The notes under the pieces are model-generated. The model saw only the letters and a list, made by a program, of their open reading frames with translations. It ran no database searches and was not told the origin of the DNA. Position numbers and translations under genes: made by a program. Positions 8,178-16,594 of a DNA stretch of 33,678 nucleotides are shown piece by piece. The stretch comes from a virus, in the IMG/VR virus record IMGVR_UViG_3300005074_000010. One strand, given 5' to 3'. The stretch's first letter is position 1, and each line of letters begins with the position of its first letter.

Positions 8178-8519
8178 ATGAGTAAAACGGAGCAAAAAAA
8201 AGAAGCATTACTAGAAGCTCTAGAGATGTCTTTAGGAGTAGTTACTACAGCCTGTAAGCGTATAGGTATAACTAGAGGCACTTACTATAATTGGCTTAGA
8301 GATGATAAAAACTTTAGAGAGCGCGTACAGGATATAAATAATATTGCCTTAGATTTTGCAGAGAGCAAACTCTATGAGCTTATCAAGACAAATAATGTAC
8401 CAGCTACCTTATTCTATCTAAAGACCAAAGGTAAATCTAGAGGCTATATAGAGAGGTCTGAAGTTAGTGTAGAGGGTAATTTCAAATCTAAAGTAATCGA
8501 ATGGACTCCAGCAGAGTAA
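8178..8519 (+). CDS. terS: Terminase small subunit
   Basis: 113 aa, HTH (CKRIGITRGTYYNWLRDDKNFRERV), overlapping and immediately upstream of terL. Confidence 0.7.
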   Translation: MSKTEQKKEALLEALEMSLGVVTTACKRIGITRGTYYNWLRDDKNFRERVQDINNIALDFAESKLYELIKTNNVPATLFYLKTKGKSRGYIERSEVSVEGNFKSKVIEWTPAE

Positions 8520-9679
8520 CGGAATACTGTAACAAACAATTCTATCAGTTAGTAAATTCAGATAAGCGTATCACTATATTACAGGGTGGAGCTAGAAGCG
8601 GAAAAACTTATTCCTGTTGTCAATATCTAGTATATAGATTAACTACTAGTAAGAAACCTATGACTATTACTATTATCAGAGATAGTATGCCCTCCTTGAA
8701 GCGTTCAGTAATGAGAGATTTTTTCAATATACTAGATAAGCTAGGACTATATACACTAGGTAAGCATAATAAGAGTGAGAGTACCTGGACCTATAACGGC
8801 TCAGTAGTACAAATGTTAGGAGCTGATGACCCAGCCAAACTAAGGGGAGCTAAGCACGATATTGCCTTTATTAACGAGGCTAATACTGTTGATTATGAAA
8901 CTTATAGGCAAATAGCTATGAGAACAACAGAGAAGATTATAATTGACTTTAACCCTAGTGAAGCTGTAAGCTGGTTATACTCTGAGCTTATAGATACAGA
9001 TAGCCCTGATATAGATTTTCATATTAGTACCTGGAGAGATAACAAATTTTTACCTCAATCTGTAATAGATGAGATAGAGAAACTTAAATCTAGAGATGAA
9101 GATTACTATAACGTATTTGGACTAGGACAGAGGGCTGTATTTACTAAGAGGCAAATCTATACTACTTGGCAATATATTGACTATGTAGAATTCCCTGATA
9201 TTGATTACTGTTTAGGCCTAGATTTTGGTTACTCACAAGATTGTACAGGAATAGTAAAGGTAGGTAGGCATAATGATAAGCTATATGTAAAGGAAATATG
9301 TTATCGTAAAGGTATGACTAACAAGGATATAGCCAATTTCATTAAAGAGCATAATCTAGAAGATTTATTGATAGTGTGTGATAGTGCTGAGCCTAAGAGT
9401 ATAGAAGAACTTAGAAGAGAGGGCCTTATGGTTAAGCCCTCTATTAAGGGTGCTGGTAGTGTAAATGCTGGTATTAGTAAGCTAAAAGAGTTTGAGGTAT
9501 TTATTAGTAAGTGTAGTAAGAATATCTTTAAAGAGCAACAAGGCTATTTATGGGAAGAACTGAAAGACGGTACTATTATTAACAAGCCTATTACCTCAGC
9601 GCCTGAACATTTATTAGACGCTTTAAGGTATGCTGTATATACTAGATATAAGTATAACGATAGCTTCTTTATAGTATAA
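8501..9679 (+). CDS. terL: Terminase large subunit
   Basis: Walker A GGARSGKTY, Walker B-like IAFINEA, and a C-terminal nuclease region (PBSX/Terminase_3-like). Confidence 0.9.
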   Translation: MDSSRVTEYCNKQFYQLVNSDKRITILQGGARSGKTYSCCQYLVYRLTTSKKPMTITIIRDSMPSLKRSVMRDFFNILDKLGLYTLGKHNKSESTWTYNGSVVQMLGADDPAKLRGAKHDIAFINEANTVDYETYRQIAMRTTEKIIIDFNPSEAVSWLYSELIDTDSPDIDFHISTWRDNKFLPQSVIDEIEKLKSRDEDYYNVFGLGQRAVFTKRQIYTTWQYIDYVEFPDIDYCLGLDFGYSQDCTGIVKVGRHNDKLYVKEICYRKGMTNKDIANFIKEHNLEDLLIVCDSAEPKSIEELRREGLMVKPSIKGAGSVNAGISKLKEFEVFISKCSKNIFKEQQGYLWEELKDGTIINKPITSAPEHLLDALRYAVYTRYKYNDSFFIV

Positions 9680-9692
9680 AAATTAATTTTTG

Positions 9693-9700
9693 TATTTTTG
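9693..9700 (+). promoter_or_regulatory. -7 promoter box TATTTTTG
   Basis: TAnnTTTG match in the 43-nt gap before the portal ATG at 9723. Confidence 0.4.
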
Positions 9701-9722
9701 AAAAAAATTTATAGTAATTCAT

Positions 9723-11681
9723 ATGGGACTTATAGATAACCTGAGAGCCTTATTTAAAAACTCACAAAACACTAACGAACAATATAATAGAGCTGTATAC
9801 AATTGGCTAGGTCAATCTGTAATATGGAATAGTGAAAATGATGATACCTATATAGATAAGGGCTATAGGCAAAACGCTACAATATACTCTATAATCAACC
9901 TAGTTACTAAAACTGCTTCTAGTATACCGCTAATGATATATGAGAAAGTAAGGGAGAGCTCTTATCAGAAGTATAGAAGTATGACAAGTGGTATTGTTAC
10001 TAAAGAATCTATACTACAAAGTAAACTACTGAGAAAAGAAGCTCTAGTAGAGTTAGAAGATACTGAGCTACATAGGCTACTAGAAAGACCTAATCCAGCT
10101 CAATCTTTTAGTAGCTTCTTACAAGAAATTATAGCGTTCGGTATGCTTACAGGTAATAGATACATTTATGGTATAGGTCCTGATACAGGCGTTAATCTAG
10201 GAAAATTTAAAGAGCTATATGTATTGCCCTCTCAAAAAATGGAGATTGTATCAGGTGGATTAATGCAACCTGTAAAAGAATATACTCTACAGTATAACGG
10301 AGAATATAAAATACCAGCAGACGCTATCTGTCATATAAAGGATTTTAACCCATATTTTGACGGCTCAGGCTCTAATCTATACGGACAAAGTCCTCTTAAA
10401 GCTGGTCTAAGAAGTTTAACTACTAACAACGAAGCTGTACAAACAGGCGTAAAATATCTACAGAATCAAACAGCTAGAGGTATACTAACAACTCAAGAAG
10501 AGGACGGAATAAATGAAGTACAAGCACAACAGCTAAAGGATAAATTTAGACAAGCTCATCAAGGGTCTAGTAATGCTGGAGATATTCTTATTAGCCCTAA
10601 GAAGATGTCTTGGGTAAATTTTGGATTATCTGCTACTGATTTATCACTAATCGAACAATATAACGCCTCAGTAAAAGACCTTTGTAATATATACAATGTT
10701 CCTGTACAGATGCTGAATAATACAGATAGCGCTACATATAACAATATGAAAGAGGCTAAGAAAGCACTATATCAACAATGCGTAATACCTCAACTGATAA
10801 ATATTAGAGATGAATTTAATAGGTGGCTTGCTCCTAAGTTTGGAGAGAAAATCTGTATAGATTTTGATTTTACTAGTATACCTGAATTACAAGAAGAAAC
10901 AGAGAAACTAGTAGACCAAATGGCAAAATCTTGGTGGCTTACTCCTAATGAAAAGAGAGAAGCTATGAGCTTTGGTGTAGATGAAGAAGAAGAAGCTCTT
11001 AATGATTACTATATACCAGCTAATCTAATGCCTGCGAAAGGAAGTGATATAAATCTAGTGAATCCTACATTACCTACAGAAGAAGTACAAGAAGAAGAGC
11101 CTATAGAGGCACCTGTATTCAGTACTCAAGAGGAAGCTGAAGCTGAAGCTGAGAGATTAGGAGGCTCAGGTTATCACACTCACGAGCAAGGAGGAGAAAC
11201 AATTTTTATGCCATTTTCCACGCACGAGGCGTACGAACAAGCGGTCAAATATGTCAAAGGCTTAAAACACAGCGAAGTGTCCGCAAATGTGCCTAAAAAC
11301 GTCCCAGCGGACGTATCTCAGCCTAGCGCCCAGCCCAAAATTTTGAAGCAAGAGAGTTACGATACTTACCCTCAAGGAGCTACTAATAACGCTAAGAGAA
11401 TGATAGCCTGGAGAGAGAAGTACGGTAGAGATGTAGTACAAGGTGGTACTAATGTAGGCTGGACTAGAGCCTCTCAGTTATCTAAGAGAGAGCCCTTATC
11501 AGTAGAAACTTTAGCAAGAGTAAAATCATTCTTAGCAAGACATAAAGAGAACGCTAAGATAGACCCAGATTATAGAGGTACTCCCTGGAGAGATAAAGGG
11601 TATGTAGCATATAACTTATGGGGAGGAGAATCTATGAGGACTTGGGTAAATAGATTGTTCGATAGATTAGATAATGAGTAA
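9723..11681 (+). CDS. Portal protein with a C-terminal extension of about 200 aa
   Basis: Sits just downstream of terL. The first ~440 aa look portal-like. An acidic linker is followed by the modules GYHTHE..G..FMPF.THE.Y and AKRMIAWREKYGR...GGT.VGW.RA.QL...ARHKEN...NLWGG. Confidence 0.85.
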   Translation: MGLIDNLRALFKNSQNTNEQYNRAVYNWLGQSVIWNSENDDTYIDKGYRQNATIYSIINLVTKTASSIPLMIYEKVRESSYQKYRSMTSGIVTKESILQSKLLRKEALVELEDTELHRLLERPNPAQSFSSFLQEIIAFGMLTGNRYIYGIGPDTGVNLGKFKELYVLPSQKMEIVSGGLMQPVKEYTLQYNGEYKIPADAICHIKDFNPYFDGSGSNLYGQSPLKAGLRSLTTNNEAVQTGVKYLQNQTARGILTTQEEDGINEVQAQQLKDKFRQAHQGSSNAGDILISPKKMSWVNFGLSATDLSLIEQYNASVKDLCNIYNVPVQMLNNTDSATYNNMKEAKKALYQQCVIPQLINIRDEFNRWLAPKFGEKICIDFDFTSIPELQEETEKLVDQMAKSWWLTPNEKREAMSFGVDEEEEALNDYYIPANLMPAKGSDINLVNPTLPTEEVQEEEPIEAPVFSTQEEAEAEAERLGGSGYHTHEQGGETIFMPFSTHEAYEQAVKYVKGLKHSEVSANVPKNVPADVSQPSAQPKILKQESYDTYPQGATNNAKRMIAWREKYGRDVVQGGTNVGWTRASQLSKREPLSVETLARVKSFLARHKENAKIDPDYRGTPWRDKGYVAYNLWGGESMRTWVNRLFDRLDNE

Positions 11682-12519
11682 ATTTTACGATAGTTTTAGA
11701 GGCGCATATGCAAAGGCTAGAGGTATTACAGAGAAAAAAGTATTACCTAAAGTATACAATTACTACATAGACCAATTCTCTAAGCTTACTAAGAAATTTT
11801 TAGAAACAGGCTCTTATAATCCTATTGGATTTTTTCAACAAAAATTTATAACTGATTTGTACGCACATATATACATTAATACAGGTATGTATTTTGTACT
11901 CTGGTATGCTGATAATTTTAGAAAATACTCTACAAAACAAGTAGACCCTGAATTATATCTACAGGAATGGGAAGCTACTTTCAAATGGTACTCAAAACAA
12001 ATGGCTGAGGTATGGGGTCCTGAAATTACTAGAACTGCTACAAGGTCCGCTATAAGAACTTTTGAAGCTCTTATGAAAGACCCTGAGTTTGCTATGCTAG
12101 GAGTAGAGCAAAAGGCGCGCGTATTAGCGCGAAAACACGAGCATATAGGTATGGTTAATAGCAAAAGAATAATAGCTACAGAAACTACAAGAATATCAAA
12201 TTACGCCTTAGAACAATCGGCTACTACACTATTTCAACCTGATGATTTAAAAAAATATTGGATTGCCTCTATTGACGGAGCAGAAAGAAGCTCACATAAT
12301 GTAGCACACTATAAATATCAAAAGGGAATACCTATGAAAGAGAAATACAATGTAGGCGGTGAAATGCTAGATAGGCCAGGTGCTGGATTCTTACCAGAAA
12401 ATAATATCAACTGTAGATGTGTTAGTGTAGCTTTACCTGTACCGGACGCTGAGCCTAATGTGGAATTAGATAGCTTTGGTTTTGGTATGGCTGGGGGTAA
12501 GACCACTAATTGGTACTAG
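11674..12519 (+). CDS. Minor head protein, Mu F / SPP1 gp7 family
   Basis: Position after the portal gene, and the signature ...PENNINCRCVSV near the C-terminus. Confidence 0.8.
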   Translation: MSKFYDSFRGAYAKARGITEKKVLPKVYNYYIDQFSKLTKKFLETGSYNPIGFFQQKFITDLYAHIYINTGMYFVLWYADNFRKYSTKQVDPELYLQEWEATFKWYSKQMAEVWGPEITRTATRSAIRTFEALMKDPEFAMLGVEQKARVLARKHEHIGMVNSKRIIATETTRISNYALEQSATTLFQPDDLKKYWIASIDGAERSSHNVAHYKYQKGIPMKEKYNVGGEMLDRPGAGFLPENNINCRCVSVALPVPDAEPNVELDSFGFGMAGGKTTNWY

Positions 12520-12557
12520 TAGTAAAAATTTATTATCTTTACAAAAAATTTTTAGAT

Positions 12558-13232
12558 ATGCAATTAATATACAAACAAAGTCCTTTAGGAGAAGTACAGG
12601 ACATAGATAGCAAGAATGGTATAGTAAAGGGCTATGCTAGTTACTTTGATAATAAAGATTCTGATAATGATATTATTAAGAGGGGTGCTTACAAAAAGAC
12701 CATTGAGGAAAATGGTTATAGAGTAAAATATTACTATCAGCACAAACTAGACCAACCTTTAGGGAAAATGAGAGAGCTATATGAAGATGAGAAAGGGCTT
12801 ATGTTTGTAGCAGAAATACCTAAAACTACTCTAGGTAATGATGTACTAGAGTTAATGAGAAATGGTATAATTACTGAGAATTCAGTAGGAATTATGCCTA
12901 TACAGAAAGAAATTAAAGAGGGTTATAGAGAATTAACTGAAGTAAAGCTGTATGAAATATCAGCTGTTAGTTTGGCTAGTAACGACCAAGCTAAGATACT
13001 AGACGTTAAAGGAATGAAAAATTTTGATGATGTTTACAAAAGATATGATAATCTCTGTAAACTTATCAGAAAGGGCAATATCTCTGATGAAATGGGATAT
13101 GCTCTAGAAGCAGAAATCTTAAAGCTAAAAGGAGTTTTTACAAGTTTAGCTACTCAGCCAGCGGAAGCTACTGAGCCAGAAGTTAAAAATGATAGTTCAG
13201 CTTACAGATTGTTAATAGATAAATTAAAATAA
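12558..13232 (+). CDS. Prohead protease (HK97 / S78 family)
   Basis: GIVKGYASYFDNKDSDNDII..GAYKKTI, YYYQHK...PLGKM, EISAVSLASN. The ATG at 12558 is preferred over the alternative-start extension from 12510. Confidence 0.85.
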   Translation: MQLIYKQSPLGEVQDIDSKNGIVKGYASYFDNKDSDNDIIKRGAYKKTIEENGYRVKYYYQHKLDQPLGKMRELYEDEKGLMFVAEIPKTTLGNDVLELMRNGIITENSVGIMPIQKEIKEGYRELTEVKLYEISAVSLASNDQAKILDVKGMKNFDDVYKRYDNLCKLIRKGNISDEMGYALEAEILKLKGVFTSLATQPAEATEPEVKNDSSAYRLLIDKLK

Positions 13233-13258
13233 ATTTTAAACTTTTAAATCTTTTGGTT

Positions 13259-14446
13259 ATGAATGAAGAATTGAAGAAAGAGATGAATGAACTTGGCGAC
13301 ATTATAGACGCTAAGATTGAAAAAGCATCTCAACAAGCAATAGAGAGAGCAGACCAGAAAGCCGATGAAACTTTAAAGCGTGAAATTGATAATCTAATGA
13401 ACAAGTTTAACGAGCGTATGGACGCTGTAGAAGTTGCTCAGAAGAAAAATGCAGAAGCTAGTAGTGCTACTAAAAAGAGCTTCAGAACTGCTTTAGAGGA
13501 AAAATTAGCTGAAGGTGCATTAGAAGCCTTTACTAAAGGTAATGCAAATGCTACTACTCTAGAAATTAAAGCCGATATGACTACAGGCGCGGACTTTACA
13601 GGAGATGTAATACCTCCTACAAGAGTTCCAGGTTATAAGTACGACCCTACTAGAACTTTCCATATGAGAGATATTCTAGCTCAAGGTAGTACAGATAGTG
13701 ATGTTGTTAGATATGTAAAGGAGTCAGGTTATTCAGACGGTAATGCACCCAAAAATGAGGGTCAAACATTAGGTCAATCTGATTTTGATATGACAGCTGT
13801 ATCTGTTCCTGTAGAGAAAATCGGTACTTACTTTAGAATCTCTGAAGAAATGATGGATTCTACACCGCAATTATCTGCGTATTTAAGCGCAAGAGCACCA
13901 GAAAAATTATTAGCTGTAGAAGATAGCCAGATTGTATCTGGTAACGGTACAGCTCCAAATCTTAGCGGATTATTAACTTCTGCTACAGGTTTCACAGGAG
14001 CTGGATTTGCTAGTTCTATTTCAAACGCTAATCAGTTTGATGTATTAGCTGTTGCTCTTAATCAATTAGCTGTAGCTAATTACTCTGCAGATTATATTTT
14101 ACTAAATCCTGTAGATTGGCATAAATTAAGCTTACAAAAAGCTACTACTAAAGAATATTTAGTGAGTGATTGGCAAGCTGGTATGGTGCCTAGAATTATG
14201 GGCGTTCCTGTTATCCCTACTACTGCAATCAATAGTGATAAATATATCGTTGGTAATTTTGCTCAAGGAGCTCAATTATGGATTAAAGATAACGTATCAT
14301 TAGGATTCTTTAGAGAGGACGGTACTAACGTAAGAGACGGATTTGTAACAGTAAGATGTCAAGAGAGAGTTACTCTTGCTACTTACTTACCAAATGCGTT
14401 TGTTCACGGAGATTTCTCAGCGGACATTACGACTATCGGAGCATAA
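13259..14446 (+). CDS. Major capsid protein (HK97 fold) with an N-terminal coiled-coil delta/scaffold region
   Basis: Follows the protease. Charged coiled-coil N-terminus, then a capsid-like body (...PNLSGLL...LLNPVDW...). Confidence 0.85.
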   Translation: MNEELKKEMNELGDIIDAKIEKASQQAIERADQKADETLKREIDNLMNKFNERMDAVEVAQKKNAEASSATKKSFRTALEEKLAEGALEAFTKGNANATTLEIKADMTTGADFTGDVIPPTRVPGYKYDPTRTFHMRDILAQGSTDSDVVRYVKESGYSDGNAPKNEGQTLGQSDFDMTAVSVPVEKIGTYFRISEEMMDSTPQLSAYLSARAPEKLLAVEDSQIVSGNGTAPNLSGLLTSATGFTGAGFASSISNANQFDVLAVALNQLAVANYSADYILLNPVDWHKLSLQKATTKEYLVSDWQAGMVPRIMGVPVIPTTAINSDKYIVGNFAQGAQLWIKDNVSLGFFREDGTNVRDGFVTVRCQERVTLATYLPNAFVHGDFSADITTIGA

Positions 14447-14471
14447 TAGTAAGTCAATACTATAAAAATTA

Positions 14472-14499
14472 AGAGGTCAATTATGGCCTCTTTTTTTTT
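14472..14499 (+). terminator. Rho-independent terminator after the capsid gene
   Basis: Stem agaggtc/ggcctct (7 bp, one G.U), loop aattat, then T9. Confidence 0.75.
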
Positions 14500-14531
14500 G
14501 CTTTTTTTTGAAATTTTGACAAAATCGCATA

Positions 14532-14571
14532 TACGATTTAAGGCCATTTTTCGGCGTTTTGCGGGACTTTC
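14532..14571 (+). promoter_or_regulatory. Iteron/operator-like motif cluster R2
   Basis: tacgatttaag ... ggcgttttgcgggactttc, about 80% identical to 147-186. A nearby palindrome tttgc-ca-gcaaa lies at 14608-14619 and ttttgcg at 14682-14688. Confidence 0.55.
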
Positions 14572-14706
14572 CCACCTCGCTGATATATGACATTCAAAAA
14601 TTTTTGTTTTGCCAGCAAACGAAATTTTCCAGAGAAGAAAAAATCACGAAATAAAAAAAATTAAAAAAAATTTTAAATTTATTTTGCGAAATCCAAAAAA
14701 AGTTAA

Positions 14707-14714
14707 GACATTTG
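14707..14714 (+). promoter_or_regulatory. Imperfect -7-like box GACATTTG (TTTGTAT core) upstream of the island genes
   Basis: One mismatch to TAnnTTTG; 31 nt before the ATG at 14746. Confidence 0.3.
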
Positions 14715-14745
14715 TATCAACATTAACAACGCAAACAACAACACT

Positions 14746-14913
14746 ATGACAACAGTAAGCAACACTAAGGAAATCCGCTCAATCAATATTGAAAAAGTGC
14801 TAACCTCTTACAAGGTTACCTGTATGAAAGGTAATCAAGTAATAGTAAAGCGCTTCGACTCTGAAGAGTTCGCTAATCTTTTATCATCAACGTTCAACGC
14901 GTTAATCAACTAA
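14746..14913 (+). CDS. Island small ORF (55 aa)
   Basis: Hand-translated (MTTVSNTKEIRSINIEKV...). Preceded by the AACAACACTATG leader. Confidence 0.45.
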   Translation: MTTVSNTKEIRSINIEKVLTSYKVTCMKGNQVIVKRFDSEEFANLLSSTFNALIN

Positions 14914-14944
14914 TATTAATAATAACACAATAAAAACAACAATT

Positions 14945-15091
14945 ATGAACACAACACTAAACACTTTCGTAACAGCTCAAGCTCAAACTTTTTTCTGTTT
15001 AACTGATAAGCTCGATAGAGATTATGCTAGAGGCTTCATTACAGAAGCAGAATACAAGAACTCTCTAAGAGAACTGAGAAGAGCTGTATAA
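14945..15091 (+). CDS. Island small ORF (48 aa)
   Basis: Hand-translated (MNTTLNTFVTAQAQTFFCLTDKLDRDYARGFITEAEYKNSLRELRRAV). Confidence 0.45.
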   Translation: MNTTLNTFVTAQAQTFFCLTDKLDRDYARGFITEAEYKNSLRELRRAV

Positions 15092-15160
15092 AGTCGTTAG
15101 GGCGACTCTAAATAGGTTACTAAGCCCTAAGCGTTTGCCTCCTAGTAAGTCGGGAGGCAA
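15092..15160 (+). ncRNA. Bipartite hairpin element, copy A
   Basis: P1 is cgttagggc (15095-15103) / gccctaaGcg (15124-15133). A single T follows. P2 is ttgcctcc (15135-15142) / ggaggcaa (15153-15160). Confidence 0.6.
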
Positions 15161-15200
15161 GGAAACAATAACAGGAGGAAACTCCACAAAACACAAAAAA

Positions 15201-15728
15201 ATGTTTATCAAATTAACAGAATTCGAATGGTTAAAAGTTAGTCAAGCTATGTCTTGCTACAGAGCAACACTAAAGAAAGAGCACAACGCTCTTTGGGATT
15301 TAAGTAACAAGGAGGTCAAAGATATTTGCGCTTTAACACACAAGTCCTTAGACGGTAAAATTAATCAAACGCTATTAGTAGAAGCTAATATGCACAAGCA
15401 AACTAGAGAAATATTTGCTGAGTACAGAGAGAACTTTGAAGGCAAATTTGTAGTAACACAAGCTCAAGCTCTATTTATGCTAGAGTGCCTTTATAACTAC
15501 TTGTCGCACAACAGGTTAGAGCTAAAGAAGCATACAGAAAGTACAAACGGATATATAGCACATTCTTACAGTTCAACAATAGAAGATGTAAGGAACCTAA
15601 TAGGAAAGCTACATAACTCAATAATGTACCAAACTATGCACAGTACTATTACTACTGCTAGTTACATTGAAGAATCTCTACCAGGTTTAGGAGAGCATAC
15701 AGAGTATACTCAAAGAATGAACGCTTAA
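15201..15728 (+). CDS. Island hypothetical protein (175 aa)
   Basis: The ATG at 15201 is preferred. The ORF-track TTG start at 15135 lies inside hairpin P2 of element A. Confidence 0.6.
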   Translation: MFIKLTEFEWLKVSQAMSCYRATLKKEHNALWDLSNKEVKDICALTHKSLDGKINQTLLVEANMHKQTREIFAEYRENFEGKFVVTQAQALFMLECLYNYLSHNRLELKKHTESTNGYIAHSYSSTIEDVRNLIGKLHNSIMYQTMHSTITTASYIEESLPGLGEHTEYTQRMNA

Positions 15729-15743
15729 TCACTAATACTAATC

Positions 15744-15763
15744 AGGGCGTGTAAAAGCGCCCT
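15744..15763 (+). other. GC-rich hairpin agggcg-N8-cgccct directly after the stop codon
   Basis: 6-bp GC stem with no U-tract. Followed by the conserved leader TTAATAACAACACTATG. Confidence 0.45.
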
Positions 15764-15777
15764 TTAATAACAACACT

Positions 15778-15900
15778 ATGAACACACAACAATTAATAGA
15801 AAATTTCGAACTTAATCAGGCGGTAATCTACGGAACAGATTATACGCAAGTAATTAACACTATAAAACCTAGTAAAAATGAAACATTATCAGTATACTAA
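15778..15900 (+). CDS. Island small ORF (40 aa)
   Basis: Hand-translated (MNTQQLIENFELNQAVIYG...). Overlaps the next ORF by 23 nt. Confidence 0.35.
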   Translation: MNTQQLIENFELNQAVIYGTDYTQVINTIKPSKNETLSVY

Positions 15901-16075
15901 AGAGCGTATAACAGGAATGGCTAAAGTAGCCACTATTACAGACCTAAAAACAATAGTAAGTAATCTAAAGAAAAAAATGATTATACCTGTATTATACAAA
16001 GGTTACGCGGAAGATAAGCTAATTTTAGACATATGTTCTGCTGAGCTGGAGAGTCGTTTGAGCGACTTAAAATAG
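15878..16075 (+). CDS. Island hypothetical protein (65 aa)
   Basis: ORF track only. Confidence 0.5.
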   Translation: MKHYQYTKERITGMAKVATITDLKTIVSNLKKKMIIPVLYKGYAEDKLILDICSAELESRLSDLK

Positions 16076-16121
16076 CGTTTAAGCTCAAAGCGTGCGTATA
16101 GCTAGGTCAAGTGCTATACGC
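16052..16121 (+). ncRNA. Bipartite hairpin element, copy B
   Basis: P1 is cgtttgagc (16055-16063) / gctcaaaGcg (16083-16092). A single T follows. P2 is gcgtatagc (16094-16102) / gctatacgc (16113-16121). Confidence 0.6.
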
Positions 16122-16162
16122 GGTACGAACTTGCCTTAAAACGGCTTAAAATACTTAAAATT

Positions 16163-16357
16163 ATGACATACGATGAAACACTAGAAGCTTACAAAATCTA
16201 CGAATTAGTAGAGAGTAAGTACAAACTTAGTAGCACTATGAAGAGAAGATTAAAACAATTTTCTATTCAAGAGCTAAGAGAATTAAGGGTCTTTATAGAA
16301 AGAGGTCCTGATGCAAGCTACAATAACGCTATGCAGTGGCTTTGTAGCCTAGATTAG
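16163..16357 (+). CDS. Island hypothetical protein (64 aa)
   Basis: ORF track only. Confidence 0.5.
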   Translation: MTYDETLEAYKIYELVESKYKLSSTMKRRLKQFSIQELRELRVFIERGPDASYNNAMQWLCSLD

Positions 16358-16366
16358 CACAATAAC

Positions 16367-16418
16367 TAGTAAGTAATAGTTATATGAACTTAAAGTGAAT
16401 ATAACTATTACTATACTA
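16367..16418 (+). ncRNA. Long hairpin with conserved loop GAACTTAAAGTGA (family 2, copy 1)
   Basis: 19-bp stem (16367-16385 / 16399-16418) with one bulged A (16413). The outer segment is tagta/tacta. Confidence 0.55.
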
Positions 16419-16433
16419 CTTAATAACAACACT

Positions 16434-16583
16434 ATGAAAGACGAATTACTACAAGAATTACAGAAGCTAGAGAAAGACCTAGTAGCACTATCATTATTTT
16501 CTACTGATGATAATGAGAGAAATGCTATGATGAGAAACTATGCTACTGTACGAAAAACAATCAAATATATTACTAATAACTAA
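16434..16583 (+). CDS. Island small ORF (49 aa, coiled-coil-like)
   Basis: The ATG at 16434 is preceded by TTAATAACAACACTATG. The ORF-track GTG start at 16395 lies in the hairpin loop. Confidence 0.5.
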   Translation: MKDELLQELQKLEKDLVALSLFSTDDNERNAMMRNYATVRKTIKYITNN

Positions 16584-16594
16584 ATTTTAAAATT

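Noticed and set aside
14460-14590. 38-aa minus-strand ORF (MSYISEVGKSRKTPKNGLKSYMRF...) covering motif R2.
   Set aside because: The homologous R1 region (143-190) has no start codon in the corresponding frame. The R1/R2 similarity is therefore not explained by coding. The ORF would also run through the capsid terminator.
15135-15200. N-terminal extensions from alternative starts in the ORF track: 15135, 16395, 17201 (the MCCCCC... reading), 12510, 13253 and 20049.
   Set aside because: The extensions translate through conserved hairpin stems, loops or the GTT repeat. In each case a canonical ATG with the usual A-rich context lies downstream, so the starts were trimmed to those ATGs.
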